Origin: Phormidesmis sp.
GTDB lineage: Bacteria > Cyanobacteriota > Cyanobacteriia > Phormidesmidales > Phormidesmidaceae
Direction of reading: 5' to 3'
Assembly (NCBI GenBank): GCA_041742865.1
Contig: JBGTNW010000143.1
Location: forward strand, 8,203 to 72,202
DNA: 64,000 nt
The notes below the pieces were generated by a model that saw nothing but the letters and a program-made list of their open reading frames with translations, made no database searches and was not told the origin of the DNA. Shown here piece after piece: positions 49,157 through 60,476 of this stretch (position 1 is the stretch's first letter; each line of letters begins with the position of its first letter). Position numbers and translations under genes: made by a program.

Positions 49157-49256
49157 ATCTGCCTATTGGACTTTACAACTTCAGATGGACTAGCCGCTAC
49201 GGTTTAGGCAATTACAGCTAGACGCTGTGGCCGTATGTTTTTTAGGGGCGCGTTTT

Positions 49257-50537
49257 TTAGGGTGATGTTTCCGGCTTTACAAATTGGCTATGCTGGGATG
49301 ATGCCGATATTTTGGCGGGTTCGGCGGGTTCAGTGGCTAAGAAATTGCTAAGCTTGAGCGCTAGCAGCGCCTGAGCTGAGGCCGCATCGACCGCCTGTCC
49401 AAATAAATTACCTTGCCCGTAATGGCAGTGCATTTGCTTAAGCTGATAGTGCTGACAAGATTGTTCAATGCCCTCAGCGACAACGGCGAGGTTGAGACCT
49501 TTAGCTAAATCCAAAATGGCTTGAATAATTACCTGATGACGATCCGGTGAAGCCCCGCTGTGATTGCTGCTATGGTGCTGATGGCCTAGATGGCGCACAA
49601 AAGTTTGATCTATCTTGAGTACATCGACCGGAAACTGGTGAAGATAGCTAAGCGAAGAGTAGCCAGTGCCAAAGTCATCTAAGCTAACTCGCAAGCCCAT
49701 TTCTCTAAGCTGACAAAGCGTTTTTATTACCTGCTCTGGGTTGGTGATCATCACGCTTTCAGTAATTTCTAAGTTGATCTGCTGAGGCGTGATTGAGTAG
49801 TGAGTAAGCAGTGATCGCACATAATCTACTAGTCCAAATTTATCCAATTCCATCACATCCAAACCGGGCTGAGTCAAGCCGGTCTGAGAAAGATAAGCAG
49901 ATGAAAGATTGATGCTGAGGCAAGGCCGAATATTGAAGCGCTGAAGGTCAAGGCTCTTTTGCCAAGCGCTGAGCTGCTGGCACACCGTTTTCAGCATCCA
50001 TCGATCAATGGCTGCAATTATCCCCATCTCCTCTGCCAACGGCAAGAAATCACTGGGCTGAAGCAGCCCTTGTTTTGGGTGCTGCCACCGTACTAGCGCC
50101 TCAAACCCTACAATTTCAGTCGACTGTAGTTCTACAATCGGCTGATAATACACTCGAAACTCTTCTCGGTATAGCGCTAGTCGCAGCGCCTGCTGGCGGT
50201 TAAAAAGGCTTTGCTGAAGATGCCTAGAGACTCGATCAGATGAGGGCGCAGGCGGTATGGCTGGATTTATTTTGGCTGAAGCGATTACTAATTTTTTTTT
50301 GAGTTGGCGATCACGCTGACGCACTACCCGCTTTAATTGACTGGCCCGAAGCCACAAAAAAGTTAACAAGAAAACAAACGCTCCCGTTAGCGTGCTTAAG
50401 CTAGTAGGCGAATACTCTCCGTGTGTCGGCGATTTTACTAGCCAAATCTCAGAAATAGAAGAATGAGCGAACGTTTGTCTAGAAAAGGGAGACGCCGCAA
50501 AAAACAATGACATGCTCAAAAAACAATCCAAGTACAA
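49257..50537 (-). CDS. EAL-domain phosphodiesterase with N-terminal TM
   Basis: GFEALVRW, LEITES, DDFGTGYSS, AEGIE; no GGDEF; start uncertain. Confidence 0.85.
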   Translation of the reverse strand: MYLDCFLSMSLFFAASPFSRQTFAHSSISEIWLVKSPTHGEYSPTSLSTLTGAFVFLLTFLWLRASQLKRVVRQRDRQLKKKLVIASAKINPAIPPAPSSDRVSRHLQQSLFNRQQALRLALYREEFRVYYQPIVELQSTEIVGFEALVRWQHPKQGLLQPSDFLPLAEEMGIIAAIDRWMLKTVCQQLSAWQKSLDLQRFNIRPCLSINLSSAYLSQTGLTQPGLDVMELDKFGLVDYVRSLLTHYSITPQQINLEITESVMITNPEQVIKTLCQLREMGLRVSLDDFGTGYSSLSYLHQFPVDVLKIDQTFVRHLGHQHHSSNHSGASPDRHQVIIQAILDLAKGLNLAVVAEGIEQSCQHYQLKQMHCHYGQGNLFGQAVDAASAQALLALKLSNFLATEPAEPAKISASSQHSQFVKPETSP

Positions 50538-50898
50538 AACTTGAAAACGACAGATTCGCTAGCCCTTTACAGTCAAACCGCACCCCACTTAAGCCGCACA
50601 ATAGTCAGTCAAACTGCATAATTGCTCCATCAGCTTTTGATATATACCAGTCTGATACACCGTAAAGTGTTGCAGCGATCACCCAAAGCTCTGTAGAAAT
50701 CAATAGTTTTTACAGAAAGAAAGCCTAATTATAAACGTCGCTTGGAGAAAATACTGAGATTAACCGCCTCAGCCTATGCAAGAAACGGGTTACAAGGCAA
50801 CGCTTAGATCACGCTTGGCTCACCGAGCGATATCCTGATAGAGTGCCTAGCCTTTCGATGCTGGTCGCTTTCGAGCTTTCTTCCAGTCTTCTTTTCTT

Positions 50899-52095
50899 AT
50901 GCAAATTTATCTGGACTACAGTGCGACGACCCCGCCGCGACCTGAAGTGATCGCCGCTATGCAAAGCGCCATGACTGAACATTGGGGCAATGCGTCGAGC
51001 TTGCATCAATGGGGTAATCGGGCCGCGATGATTTTAGAGCGATCGCGCCTTCAAGTCGCTAGCTTGATTAACGCCCTTACTGCCGAATCGATTATCTTCA
51101 CAGCAGGCGGCAGCGAAGCGAATAATTTAGCTATTTTCGGCGTTGCTAATCAGATACAGACGCAGCGGATTGAGGGGCCTGTTGCGCCTTTTCATCTGAT
51201 TATTTCAGCCGTTGAGCATTCGGCGATTTCTGCCCCCGCCCGACAGCTTCAAGCGCTGGGCTGGCAAGTCACTCAGCTACCGGTAAACGCCCAAGGCGCA
51301 GTCGATCCGCAGAAGCTGCAAGCTGCCCTGCAACCCAACACAGCGCTCGTTTCAATTATTTATGGCCAAAGCGAGGTCGGCACCCTTCAGCCAATTGCTG
51401 AACTCGGCGCGATTGTAAAAGCTCATGGCGCGCTCTTCCACACCGACGCGGTGCAGGTAGCAGGCCGCTTACCCATAGATGTGCAGCAACTGCCAGTAGA
51501 TTTACTCTCGCTGTCTAGTCACAAAATCTACGGCCCTCAAGGAGCAGGCGCACTTTACATTAGGCCCGGTGTAGCGTTACCTTCGGCGATTATTTTAGGA
51601 GGTGGCCAAGAACAAGGCTTACGCTCAGGAACTCAAGCCATCCCTAATATCGTTGGCTTCGGCATGGCGGCTGAGCTTGCCGCTGTTGAAATGCCAGCAG
51701 AAACTTTGCGGCTAATACAGTTGCGCGATCGCCTCTTTGCCCTGCTTACTGGCATCCCTGAACTCGTGCCAACCGGCGATCTGCGCCATCGCTTGCCCCA
51801 TCACGTTAGCTTTTGCCTACCTCACAGCGATATCACCGGCAAAGCCCTCGTCCGCCAAATGAACCTAGCAGGCATCGGCATCAGCGCCGGATCGGCCTGT
51901 CACAGCGGCCAGCTCAGCCCTAGCCCAATTTTGCAGGCGATGGGATATAGCGATCACACGGCCAGAACCGGCATCCGCCTCACCTTGGGCAAGCACACCA
52001 CCACTGCCGACATTGACTGGAGTGCCCTTGCTCTCAAGCAAATCCTTGCTCGCACCCCCGCTCACCGCATCCTCTGTCTAGAAGGCGCAGTATAA
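50899..52095 (+). CDS. Cysteine desulfurase (NifS/IscS family)
   Basis: YLDYSATT, HTDAVQ, SSHKIYGP, SAGSAC. Confidence 0.95.
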   Translation: MQIYLDYSATTPPRPEVIAAMQSAMTEHWGNASSLHQWGNRAAMILERSRLQVASLINALTAESIIFTAGGSEANNLAIFGVANQIQTQRIEGPVAPFHLIISAVEHSAISAPARQLQALGWQVTQLPVNAQGAVDPQKLQAALQPNTALVSIIYGQSEVGTLQPIAELGAIVKAHGALFHTDAVQVAGRLPIDVQQLPVDLLSLSSHKIYGPQGAGALYIRPGVALPSAIILGGGQEQGLRSGTQAIPNIVGFGMAAELAAVEMPAETLRLIQLRDRLFALLTGIPELVPTGDLRHRLPHHVSFCLPHSDITGKALVRQMNLAGIGISAGSACHSGQLSPSPILQAMGYSDHTARTGIRLTLGKHTTTADIDWSALALKQILARTPAHRILCLEGAV

Positions 52096-52124
52096 TCCTT
52101 TTTATTTATTTTTGTCCTTATCCT

Positions 52125-52856
52125 ATGCCACCCACCATTCCTACCACTCTCCCTGAAGCCACAGAACAAGCCAAAACCGCCGTTCAAGCCGCCATCCGAG
52201 CTGGAAAGACCCGCCTTCAAGTTGAGATGGTTATCCCTGAACTCAAGCATCAGCCGATCGCTCAGCAATTTTTGGGCCTCTTTGGCACTCAGCAGTTCAA
52301 AGTCCTTTTTCCCGATGCCGGAGCTGCAGCCCTAGCGCGTCGCGATTGGGAAAATCCTGACTTTGTAATCCGTGGTTTGAATGAGCTAGCCGAACCGGTA
52401 GAAGCCGATGACGATCTATATTTGGTCGTCAACCCGTCTTCTATTGAGGTAGCTGCGGTCGAATCGCTGTGCAACGCAGCAGGCGATCGCCCCGTCGTCC
52501 TTCTCAATCCCGCCCTTGAAGACGTGGCCGTCGTTGGCATTGGCTACGCGGCAAGGCAGTTGCGCGATCGCTTCCTCAGTCAAATCGAATCTTGCTACTA
52601 CCTCAAGCCGATAGAAAACGCCGCCATTTACCGCTGCTATCCCGGCCCTTGGCAAATTTGGCGAGAAACCGCTCCAGGCACCTATGAATGGGCCTGTGAT
52701 CTTCCCAAAATCCCTTCTAGCGAAGATATCGACCGCATTCTTTACGGCGATCTGGCCGCTTCAGACGCGCCTAATAGTCCCACTAGCTTTCCAGCCACAC
52801 GGAAAAAAGGCTTTCTCGCCGAACTTCAACAATTCCTCCGTGCCCTCACCCAATAG
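52125..52856 (+). CDS. DUF1995 family protein
   Basis: FPDAGAAALARRDW, VVLLNP, RCYPGPWQ. Confidence 0.87.
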   Translation: MPPTIPTTLPEATEQAKTAVQAAIRAGKTRLQVEMVIPELKHQPIAQQFLGLFGTQQFKVLFPDAGAAALARRDWENPDFVIRGLNELAEPVEADDDLYLVVNPSSIEVAAVESLCNAAGDRPVVLLNPALEDVAVVGIGYAARQLRDRFLSQIESCYYLKPIENAAIYRCYPGPWQIWRETAPGTYEWACDLPKIPSSEDIDRILYGDLAASDAPNSPTSFPATRKKGFLAELQQFLRALTQ

Positions 52857-52888
52857 CTCTCTTTTCCTCCTCATCTCTCCCTTTCCTC

Positions 52889-53434
52889 ATGTCTCTCACC
52901 CTTCTTTACTACCTTCTCCTTGCCCTTATGCTTCTCGGCCTAATCGGCGCTTTTGTCCCCGCGCTGCCTGGAATTAGCCTGATTGTTGTGGCTATCTTAA
53001 TCTGGACGGTAGCAGCCCCTATGACCACAAGCACTGCTTTAATTACCGCGATCGCAGCTCTGATCTTGAGCCTTGGCGTCAGTTATTTAGCGACTTACCT
53101 CGGTGCTAGAAGCGTTGGAGCTAGCAAATGGGGTCAAACTGGATCCATTATTGGCCTCATTATTGGATTTTTAGGGCTGCTGCCTGCACTACCAGTAGGA
53201 GGACCGCTATTAGGCATTTTGGTAGGCACGATGTCAGGTGCTTTTATTGGCGAGTTTCTCTACCGCAAAGAATTGGAAATTCCGAAAAGGCTAGCGTTTT
53301 CAGGCAAAGTGAGCTTAGCTGTGGTGGTCAGCTCACTGCTCGGTACGCTAATAGAGGGGTTATTAGCGCTGACAGCGATTATTGTTTTCGTCGTGACAAC
53401 TTGGTCAACGGTCAGATGGCCGGTTGGTCAATAA
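52889..53434 (+). CDS. DUF456 family membrane protein
   Basis: VPALPG, GASKWG, GAFIGE. Confidence 0.85.
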   Translation: MSLTLLYYLLLALMLLGLIGAFVPALPGISLIVVAILIWTVAAPMTTSTALITAIAALILSLGVSYLATYLGARSVGASKWGQTGSIIGLIIGFLGLLPALPVGGPLLGILVGTMSGAFIGEFLYRKELEIPKRLAFSGKVSLAVVVSSLLGTLIEGLLALTAIIVFVVTTWSTVRWPVGQ

Positions 53435-53668
53435 AATCACTAACTGACCTCCGACATATGGCTGGTTTTTATAAAATTCGGTGCCATTTGGAACCTATTC
53501 ATTGTGAGAGGCGTCTCCTGGTTTAAGTAGTTGCAGTGATTTTACTGAGTTACATAGAAGATAGATGATCTAAAAGTTGGGTCACTCATAATAGACCACT
53601 CGGAGAATAGACCACTCGGAGATCTGACTGAATCTGCAACTGTGCAAACCCCCATGCAGCATTAGACA

Positions 53669-54562
53669 ATGACAGGAATAGTGTCAACAGTTATAAGGCA
53701 AAGGACTCAGCTTGCGCAGCAGAAACCGTTACATAAGGCACCTAAGTGGCCATCACATAAGCCATCACATAAGCACTCAAAGCAGTTAAAACAATCATCC
53801 CATCAGCAACTATTCCGCCAGCAGTCACTACACCAGCAGTCGAAGCAGACGCATTTCGATCAGGCTAGATTAGTCCAAACGCATCTCGCAATCTTAAAAC
53901 TAGGGGTTTCTATCTGGAACCAGTGGCGCGCTAGCGAACCCCTCACTTCACCCAATCTCCAAAGAGCCGATCTTAGAGGGCTGCATTTAGAAAATATCAA
54001 TCTCTGTCGGGCTAACCTGCGTGGAGCTAACCTGCGCGGTACATACTGTTACGATGCCGACTTTCAGTATGCCGATTTGCGTGGGGCAAGCCTCACCCGC
54101 GCCGGACTGATTGGCGCTAATTTACACAAAGCCGATTTAACAGGTGCTGTTGTCAAACAAGCTTATCTGGCGCAAAGCGATCTCAGTAATGCCAAGTTCA
54201 TTCGTGCAAATATGCAATCTGCCGACTTTCAAGGCGCTTTGCTGACACAAGCTGTCTTAACAGATGCTGAGATTGCCGAAGCTGATTTCAGCGCTAGCTT
54301 TGATCTCACCTTATCTCAGCTTAAGGTGACCAAGGATGCTCATTTGGCCTGCTTATCACCTGACCTCAAGACTCAATTAGAAATGATGCCTGTAATCGCT
54401 AAACTCGTTGTCCCATCACCTGTAGCAACCTTCACGAAACCTGTAGCGGCTATCTCTCAGATAGATAATCCGGCCGCGCAAGCGTCAAGGAGTCGAGCAG
54501 CAGCACCCGCTAAATCGGCGCTGGCTATAGATAGTCAGTTTGGGATAGTTAGTTTGGGATAG
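53669..54562 (+). CDS. Pentapeptide repeat protein
   Basis: WNQWR followed by A(D/N)LRG repeats. Confidence 0.88.
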   Translation: MTGIVSTVIRQRTQLAQQKPLHKAPKWPSHKPSHKHSKQLKQSSHQQLFRQQSLHQQSKQTHFDQARLVQTHLAILKLGVSIWNQWRASEPLTSPNLQRADLRGLHLENINLCRANLRGANLRGTYCYDADFQYADLRGASLTRAGLIGANLHKADLTGAVVKQAYLAQSDLSNAKFIRANMQSADFQGALLTQAVLTDAEIAEADFSASFDLTLSQLKVTKDAHLACLSPDLKTQLEMMPVIAKLVVPSPVATFTKPVAAISQIDNPAAQASRSRAAAPAKSALAIDSQFGIVSLG

Positions 54563-54576
54563 TCAGTTTGGGAAAT

Positions 54577-55767
54577 CTAGTGCGGATATCGAATGTTAGC
54601 CTTTCTAAGGCGCTCGACGGCTTCGGCAAGGCGATCGCACTCTGCAATTAAGCTAATTCGCACATAGCCTTCACCGCCTTCGCCGAAGGCAGTGCCTGGC
54701 GTCACCACAACGCCTGCTTTTTGCAGCAATAGAAAAGCAAACTCAGCCGACTTAATCCCTGGTGGACAATCTACCCACAAATACATGGCGGCGCTGGGTC
54801 TGGCTACTTTCCATCCTAGTGTCGCTAGCGCCTCAATCAAAAAGTCTCGGCGAATGCGATAGCGTTGTTGCACTGCTTCTAAATAGTGATCGGGCAACTG
54901 TAGAGCAGTTTCTGCCGCTGTTTGCAATGCTGAAAAGATGCCGTAATCGAGATTCGTTTTGAGTGTGCGTAAGCCCTGGATAACATGTCGATTGCCAACC
55001 ACAAAGCCGACTCGCCAGCCTGCCATATTGTAAGTTTTGGACAACGTGTGGAATTCTACGCTAACGTCTTTCGCGCCCGGAATTTCTAGCAAGCTAGTAG
55101 GCTGATAGCCATCAAAGGCAAGTTCCGCATAGCAAAGATCGTGAATCAGCAGTATTTGATGCCGACGAGCAAACGCCACCGCTTCTTCAAAGAATTCGCG
55201 GGGAGCGACTGCGCCCGTGGGATTGTTAGGATAGTTAAAATAAAGTACCTTGGCGCGTTCGGCTGAGTCTTTTGAAATATCGTTAAAGTCTAGAACCCAG
55301 TTATTCTCGGCTTTAAGAGCAATGGTGTGGATGTCAGCGCCAGCGATCGCTGGCCCACGAAAGTGCGCTGGGTAAGCAGGTGTTGGCACCAGCACCACAT
55401 CCCCAGGATTGATGTAAGCCATAGCCAAATGGCCCAGCCCTTCTTTAGAGCCCATCAACGGCAGCGCTTCGCCATCCGGGTCGAGAGAAACCCCATAGCG
55501 GCGGTGATACCAGCTAGTGATAGTTTTACGAAAGCTAGCGGTGCCTTCAAATGGAGGATAGCCGTGGTTGCTAGGATCGCTAATCGCCGCTAGCGCCGCG
55601 TCTATCACGGGCTGTGGCGTCGGCCCACCCGGATTGCCCATACCCAAATCGATCAAATCAACGCCTTGAGCCCGCGCATTGGCCTTTAGCTCATCTAACC
55701 GGGCAAACACGTAGGGGGGAAGCGAACTTAACCGCTCAGCCGGTTTTAACCAATCTAGCGTCATCAA
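54577..55767 (-). CDS. PLP-dependent class I/II aminotransferase (LL-DAP/aspartate aminotransferase-like)
   Basis: NYPNNPTG, DLCY, SKTYNMAGWRVG. Confidence 0.92.
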   Translation of the reverse strand: MMTLDWLKPAERLSSLPPYVFARLDELKANARAQGVDLIDLGMGNPGGPTPQPVIDAALAAISDPSNHGYPPFEGTASFRKTITSWYHRRYGVSLDPDGEALPLMGSKEGLGHLAMAYINPGDVVLVPTPAYPAHFRGPAIAGADIHTIALKAENNWVLDFNDISKDSAERAKVLYFNYPNNPTGAVAPREFFEEAVAFARRHQILLIHDLCYAELAFDGYQPTSLLEIPGAKDVSVEFHTLSKTYNMAGWRVGFVVGNRHVIQGLRTLKTNLDYGIFSALQTAAETALQLPDHYLEAVQQRYRIRRDFLIEALATLGWKVARPSAAMYLWVDCPPGIKSAEFAFLLLQKAGVVVTPGTAFGEGGEGYVRISLIAECDRLAEAVERLRKANIRYPH

Positions 55768-55891
55768 ACTACCTTTTGAGGCATTTCAAAGGGGACTGTA
55801 AGCAGGGTTCTCTGAGCCAAAAAAAATTAGCAGAGATCTGGAAGGGGATGACTGCAAAAAAGAATCACTGCAATGGAACGCTGCAAGATAC

Positions 55892-57121
55892 TTATCTTAC
55901 GCCAGTAGCTGCAACTGTTTGGCCAATTATCTGGCCAATTATCTGGCCAGATAATCGCTCAGCAGGCAAAATCTGCGTGACCCCTGCCGAGTCGCTACTG
56001 CCGCCAACCGGCACAGTTGTCGAAACCATCGCCGCCATCACCTGTTCAGGCGTCACGGTAAACGGTAGGTGGTGAATATCTGAACCGGCTTGACAGGCAA
56101 CGGTAGCCGCCTGCTGAAGCTGAGCGACGGTTAGCTGACCCATGCCGAGATCTGATAGCGTAGTCGGCAAATTCAGCTCACTGTAAAACTTTAAAAGCTG
56201 CTGTCTAGCGGTCGCGGCCAGCGCATTTTTGGGCCCCATTTCTTCCAATCGGAGCTGCACCAAAATGCCATAGGCGACTTTCTCGCCGTGCAGCGTTCCG
56301 TGAGCGGCGACATGAGTTAGCCCATTGTGAACCGCGTGAGCAGCGACGGTACGGCACTGTGCACCACCCATGCCGCCAATCACACCCGCCATCAGCACGG
56401 CGGCATCGACGACTTCGCGCCAATCATCACTGCCTGGATTTTGCAGGGCAGCGGCTGATTTTTGAAACAAAATATCGCGCAAGACTCTGGCCTGCTGCAC
56501 TGCACCAATCACCAAGGTATGGACAGAATGACCGCTGCTGACAGAGGCTTCGTACCATTTGGCAATGGCATCGCCAATTCCTGCCAATAACGTCCGCTGC
56601 GGCGCACTCGCCACCAAATCATAGTCGAGCACAATCATGTCTGGGCAGCGTGACAGCGCCACATCATACCGAAAAGCCCCCGCATCGGAGTAGATATTAG
56701 AGAGGGCCGTCCAGCCTGCGCAGGTAGCGGCAGAGGTGGGCACCGTCGCCACGGGAAGCTGCCGCTGATGGGCTAATAGCTTGGCAGCATCGAGGGCTTT
56801 GCCGCCGCCAATGCCGATGATGCAGTCGGTGTCACCACGGTTGGCGGCGGCATGTAAGGCGCTGAGGGTGGCTTCGCTACAGGCTTGGATCGGCTGAATT
56901 TGGAGGGCGTGATCGGCCTCATGAGGGGCGATCGCACTCGTCATTTCTGCCAGCGGCGAGGTCAAAAAAGGTAAAGCCGCAGCAAGAGCGCGATCGCCGC
57001 CCACAAGCAGCGGCCTTTTTCCCAACCGTGCAAACAACGGCCCACTCTTTGCCAACACGCCATTGCCACGAACCACCTGAGCCGGAGCAATGTTCAAAAT
57101 CGGAAAAGTTAATGAGGCCAT
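55892..57121 (-). CDS. Iron-containing alcohol/glycerol dehydrogenase family
   Basis: GIGGGKALDAAK, AGIGDA, AHAVHNGL, HGEKVAYG; start MASLTF. Confidence 0.9.
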   Translation of the reverse strand: MASLTFPILNIAPAQVVRGNGVLAKSGPLFARLGKRPLLVGGDRALAAALPFLTSPLAEMTSAIAPHEADHALQIQPIQACSEATLSALHAAANRGDTDCIIGIGGGKALDAAKLLAHQRQLPVATVPTSAATCAGWTALSNIYSDAGAFRYDVALSRCPDMIVLDYDLVASAPQRTLLAGIGDAIAKWYEASVSSGHSVHTLVIGAVQQARVLRDILFQKSAAALQNPGSDDWREVVDAAVLMAGVIGGMGGAQCRTVAAHAVHNGLTHVAAHGTLHGEKVAYGILVQLRLEEMGPKNALAATARQQLLKFYSELNLPTTLSDLGMGQLTVAQLQQAATVACQAGSDIHHLPFTVTPEQVMAAMVSTTVPVGGSSDSAGVTQILPAERLSGQIIGQIIGQTVAATGVR

Positions 57122-57229
57122 GCAATCCCCTTTGACAACATTTGACGGCAATTGTTTGCCTAAGTGCACTGACTTAAATCTGTATTGACTTAAATCCATT
57201 GACCTAAGCGGTTAATCTTTAAAGCTTTA

Positions 57230-57745
57230 TTATGACGCAGCCTGATTGGCCTTTGCTAGCTTAGCGGGATAGATCTCTACTGCGGGCGATTGATTCGCTA
57301 GATCGCTACCGGGCGTCACCTGACCGACATACACTAGCTCCGAAACACCGGGCTGATGAACAATTACTCTCGCTCTAATAGTCGGCACCGCCTGTCCCGC
57401 GCCGCCAATCCGGCTGGGTTTGAGCAAATTACTAGCCGCTTGCAATAGCGTTGCTTCTAGCTCTGTTTCGGTAATCGTATTGGGCACGGCAATCACCACT
57501 TGAGATGCTCCCGAGTCAAACACGGTGATGTAAGGCAGCGCGCCCGGAATTACCGCTCGGACTAAAGGCTGAAAACTCAGACCAAAAAAACCAACGGTCA
57601 ATACGCCCATAAAGCCAGTTGCGCCGACGAGACGAAAGCGAAAGTCCCATTTTAGAAAAAAAGCCAGCGCGGTCACTACCGCCAACACAACGGTGCCAAT
57701 AGCCAGCCAGATAGCGCCTTGAGAAAACTGTTCGGGAGTGAGCAT
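57230..57745 (-). CDS. ycf51: Ycf51 (DUF2518) family
   Basis: FRFRLVGATGF, VFDSG, LEATL.QAA; start MLTPEQ. Confidence 0.85.
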   Translation of the reverse strand: MLTPEQFSQGAIWLAIGTVVLAVVTALAFFLKWDFRFRLVGATGFMGVLTVGFFGLSFQPLVRAVIPGALPYITVFDSGASQVVIAVPNTITETELEATLLQAASNLLKPSRIGGAGQAVPTIRARVIVHQPGVSELVYVGQVTPGSDLANQSPAVEIYPAKLAKANQAAS

Positions 57746-57933
57746 AAGGCGAAAACGTCGAAAAGATGTCCCAATTATAGAGGTTCTGCTAGAGGTTCTA
57801 CGGAACCTTCCCATAGAAGCTTCCGAGGTCAGCAGCCGCTGAGATTTAGGCGAGCGTTAGGAGCGATCGCCCTTACTGTCGGGATAACTAACAGGACAAC
57901 CAAAGCTACCTTTATCGTCTACAACCTCGCGCC

Positions 57934-59337
57934 ATGTCTCAACGCTTTCGACGCTGGCGATGGTTTTGGCCCTTTGCCATTGCCCTTTGCCTCACCCTCG
58001 CCAGTAGCCTTTGGCGAATTAACAGCGCTTCGCAAACAACGCTTGTCCCGGCCCTCAGTCCTTTGCCTCAAGATCCCATTATTCAGGTCTTTTTCAATCA
58101 ATCTGAAGCCAGTGTCTACACCGATCCTTACCGCCATATTGAGCGCTATGGCGACGATTTGGAGCAAATCATCATCACTGCAATTGAGCAATCGACTCAA
58201 TCTATCGATGTAGCGGTGCAAGCACTGAATTTGCCTCGCGTTGCTCAAGCCTTAGTCCAGAGCGCTCAGCGCGGCATTCGCGTTCGTCTAGTGCTGGAAA
58301 ATCAGTATGCTAACCCGACATCGGCTACCGCCCAAGCAGAACAAACAGCAGCTTGGGCGGCGATCGCAGATACCGATGGCGACGGTACCCTAACGCCCAC
58401 TGAAATCGCCCAGGCCGACGCGCTTCAAATTTTGCGCAGCGCCCAAATTCCGCTGATAGATGACACAGCAGACGGCTCTAAAGGCAGCGGCCTGATGCAC
58501 CACAAATTTATGATTGTCGATAGCCGCTGGGTAGTGACCGGTTCAGCCAATTTCACCCTCTCTGGCATTCATGGCGATGGCGATGAGCCGGCTAGTCGCG
58601 GCAATGCCAACGCCTTACTCAAAATTGACAGTCCCGCCCTGGCGCAGCACTTCAGCATTGAATTCAATCAGCTCTGGGGTGACGGCCCCGGTGCTAGCCC
58701 CGACAGCCTGTTCGGCCTAAAAAAATCTCACCGCGCCGCTCAAGACTTCACTTTACCCACGAGCAACATCACCTTACAGTTTTCACCGATCTCTGCTGGC
58801 CAGCCCTGGGAAGCGAGTGTCAACGGCCTGATCTCCCGCACGCTTACTCAAGCGAGTCACAGCATCGACTTGGCGCTGTTTGTCTTCTCGGATCAGCTCA
58901 TCACCAATGAGTTGCAGCCTAAAGCCGCTGCTGGAACGGCTCTGCGTGTATTAATTGACCCAGGCTTTGTGTACCGCAGCTACAGCGAAGCGCTTGACAT
59001 GCTGGGAGTCACTCTGCGCGATCAGCGCTGCCAAGTAGAAAAGGGTAACCAGCCCTGGGCAAAATCCATCACAACAGTGGGCTTTGCCCAACTGCCTCCC
59101 GGCGATAAAATGCATCACAAATTTGCTGTAATGGACAAGGCTACGGTCATTATCGGCTCTCAAAACTGGAGCAAAGCGGCCAATAATGACAATGATGAAA
59201 CCCTGCTGGTGATTCACAATCCGACCGTAGCAGCTCACTTTGAACGTGAATTTGAGCGACTTTACCGCAGTCCACAGCTGGGTAATACGTCATTGCTGCA
59301 GCGCAAAATCGCCGAAGACCAGCAGCGCTGCGCCTAA
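57934..59337 (+). CDS. Phospholipase D-family nuclease (competence ComA-like, no HhH tail seen)
   Basis: Two HKD motifs (HHKFMIVD...GSANF; HHKFAVMD...GSQNW); signal anchor. Confidence 0.85.
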   Translation: MSQRFRRWRWFWPFAIALCLTLASSLWRINSASQTTLVPALSPLPQDPIIQVFFNQSEASVYTDPYRHIERYGDDLEQIIITAIEQSTQSIDVAVQALNLPRVAQALVQSAQRGIRVRLVLENQYANPTSATAQAEQTAAWAAIADTDGDGTLTPTEIAQADALQILRSAQIPLIDDTADGSKGSGLMHHKFMIVDSRWVVTGSANFTLSGIHGDGDEPASRGNANALLKIDSPALAQHFSIEFNQLWGDGPGASPDSLFGLKKSHRAAQDFTLPTSNITLQFSPISAGQPWEASVNGLISRTLTQASHSIDLALFVFSDQLITNELQPKAAAGTALRVLIDPGFVYRSYSEALDMLGVTLRDQRCQVEKGNQPWAKSITTVGFAQLPPGDKMHHKFAVMDKATVIIGSQNWSKAANNDNDETLLVIHNPTVAAHFEREFERLYRSPQLGNTSLLQRKIAEDQQRCA

Positions 59338-59387
59338 GTTTGGGCTTTCGGCACTGGCTTTGGTACTGGTTTTGGCACTGCATTGGT

Positions 59388-60476
59388 CTAATCACGTCCT
59401 GATAGCTGTTCCGCAATGAGCTGAGCCATTTTGGCGGCACTGTCTTGAGTGGCTAGACTCAGCGCGGCGTTGGCCATTTGGCTGAGGGTCTCGGGCGATC
59501 GCAACAGTTCTAATCCCACAGCCTGCAATTTCTCAGCCGACAGATCGGCTTGCTGATACATTTGAGCGGCTCCTGCCTTTTTAAAGGCGGCTGCATTGTA
59601 AGTTTGATGATCTTCAGCGGCAAAGGGATACGGAATCAGAATCGAAGGCGTTGCCGTAATCGCTAGCTCAATCAGCGTTCCGGCCCCGGCTCTACTGACG
59701 GCTAACGTTGCTCGCTGAAAAAGCGCTGCCATCTGGTCATAAAACGGGCGATGGATATAGTGCGGATGGCTAAAGCTATCGGCTTCAGGATCGTTGCTGC
59801 CGGTGATGTGTACGATCCATGCGCCTGCGGCTAGCCAAGCTGGGGCCGCTGATCGAACCCAACGATTGACAGCGACTGCGCCCTGACTGCCGCCGACGAC
59901 GACAATCAAGGGCGCTGCTGCCGGAATATTGAGGTCAATTAGGTGAAGTTGGCCTGCTTCGGTTTGGGCTTCAGTGAAAAATTGCGATCGCACTGGCGTA
60001 CCCACTACCACCGTTTTGGCCTCTGGCAAGTAGGATGCTGCTTCCGCAAAGCCGAGCGCTACCAGCGTACAGCGTGGGCTCAGCCAACGAGTTACCTTTC
60101 CGGGCAATGCATTCGACTCATGCAAAATCGCTGGCAGTCCGAGCGATCGCGCTGCCAGAATCGCTGGCGCAGCAATATAGCCACCTGTCGTAAAAACGCC
60201 CTGAAAATTGCCCTGTTTTAGTAACCGCCGCACCTGCACCAGCGATTTGACAAAATTGGCCAGCGTTTTGAGCGTACTGAGTCCAAAACTACTCTGAACG
60301 CCCCCCATCCGCACGGTATGAAGGGTGTAATGTGCGGGCACTAGCTGCGTTTCTAAGCGATCAGGCACCCCTAGCCATTCAATGCGGTAATCCGATAGCT
60401 GCTGCGCGGTCGCAAGTGCCGGAAATAAATGCCCACCCGTTCCACTTGCGGCAATCAGCAGCTTTTTGCTCACCAT
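59388..60476 (-). CDS. murG: Lipid II GlcNAc transferase
   Basis: SGTGGHLFP, HESNALPG, GGSQGA, SRAGAGT, DHQ..NA. Confidence 0.97.
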   Translation of the reverse strand: MVSKKLLIAASGTGGHLFPALATAQQLSDYRIEWLGVPDRLETQLVPAHYTLHTVRMGGVQSSFGLSTLKTLANFVKSLVQVRRLLKQGNFQGVFTTGGYIAAPAILAARSLGLPAILHESNALPGKVTRWLSPRCTLVALGFAEAASYLPEAKTVVVGTPVRSQFFTEAQTEAGQLHLIDLNIPAAAPLIVVVGGSQGAVAVNRWVRSAAPAWLAAGAWIVHITGSNDPEADSFSHPHYIHRPFYDQMAALFQRATLAVSRAGAGTLIELAITATPSILIPYPFAAEDHQTYNAAAFKKAGAAQMYQQADLSAEKLQAVGLELLRSPETLSQMANAALSLATQDSAAKMAQLIAEQLSGRD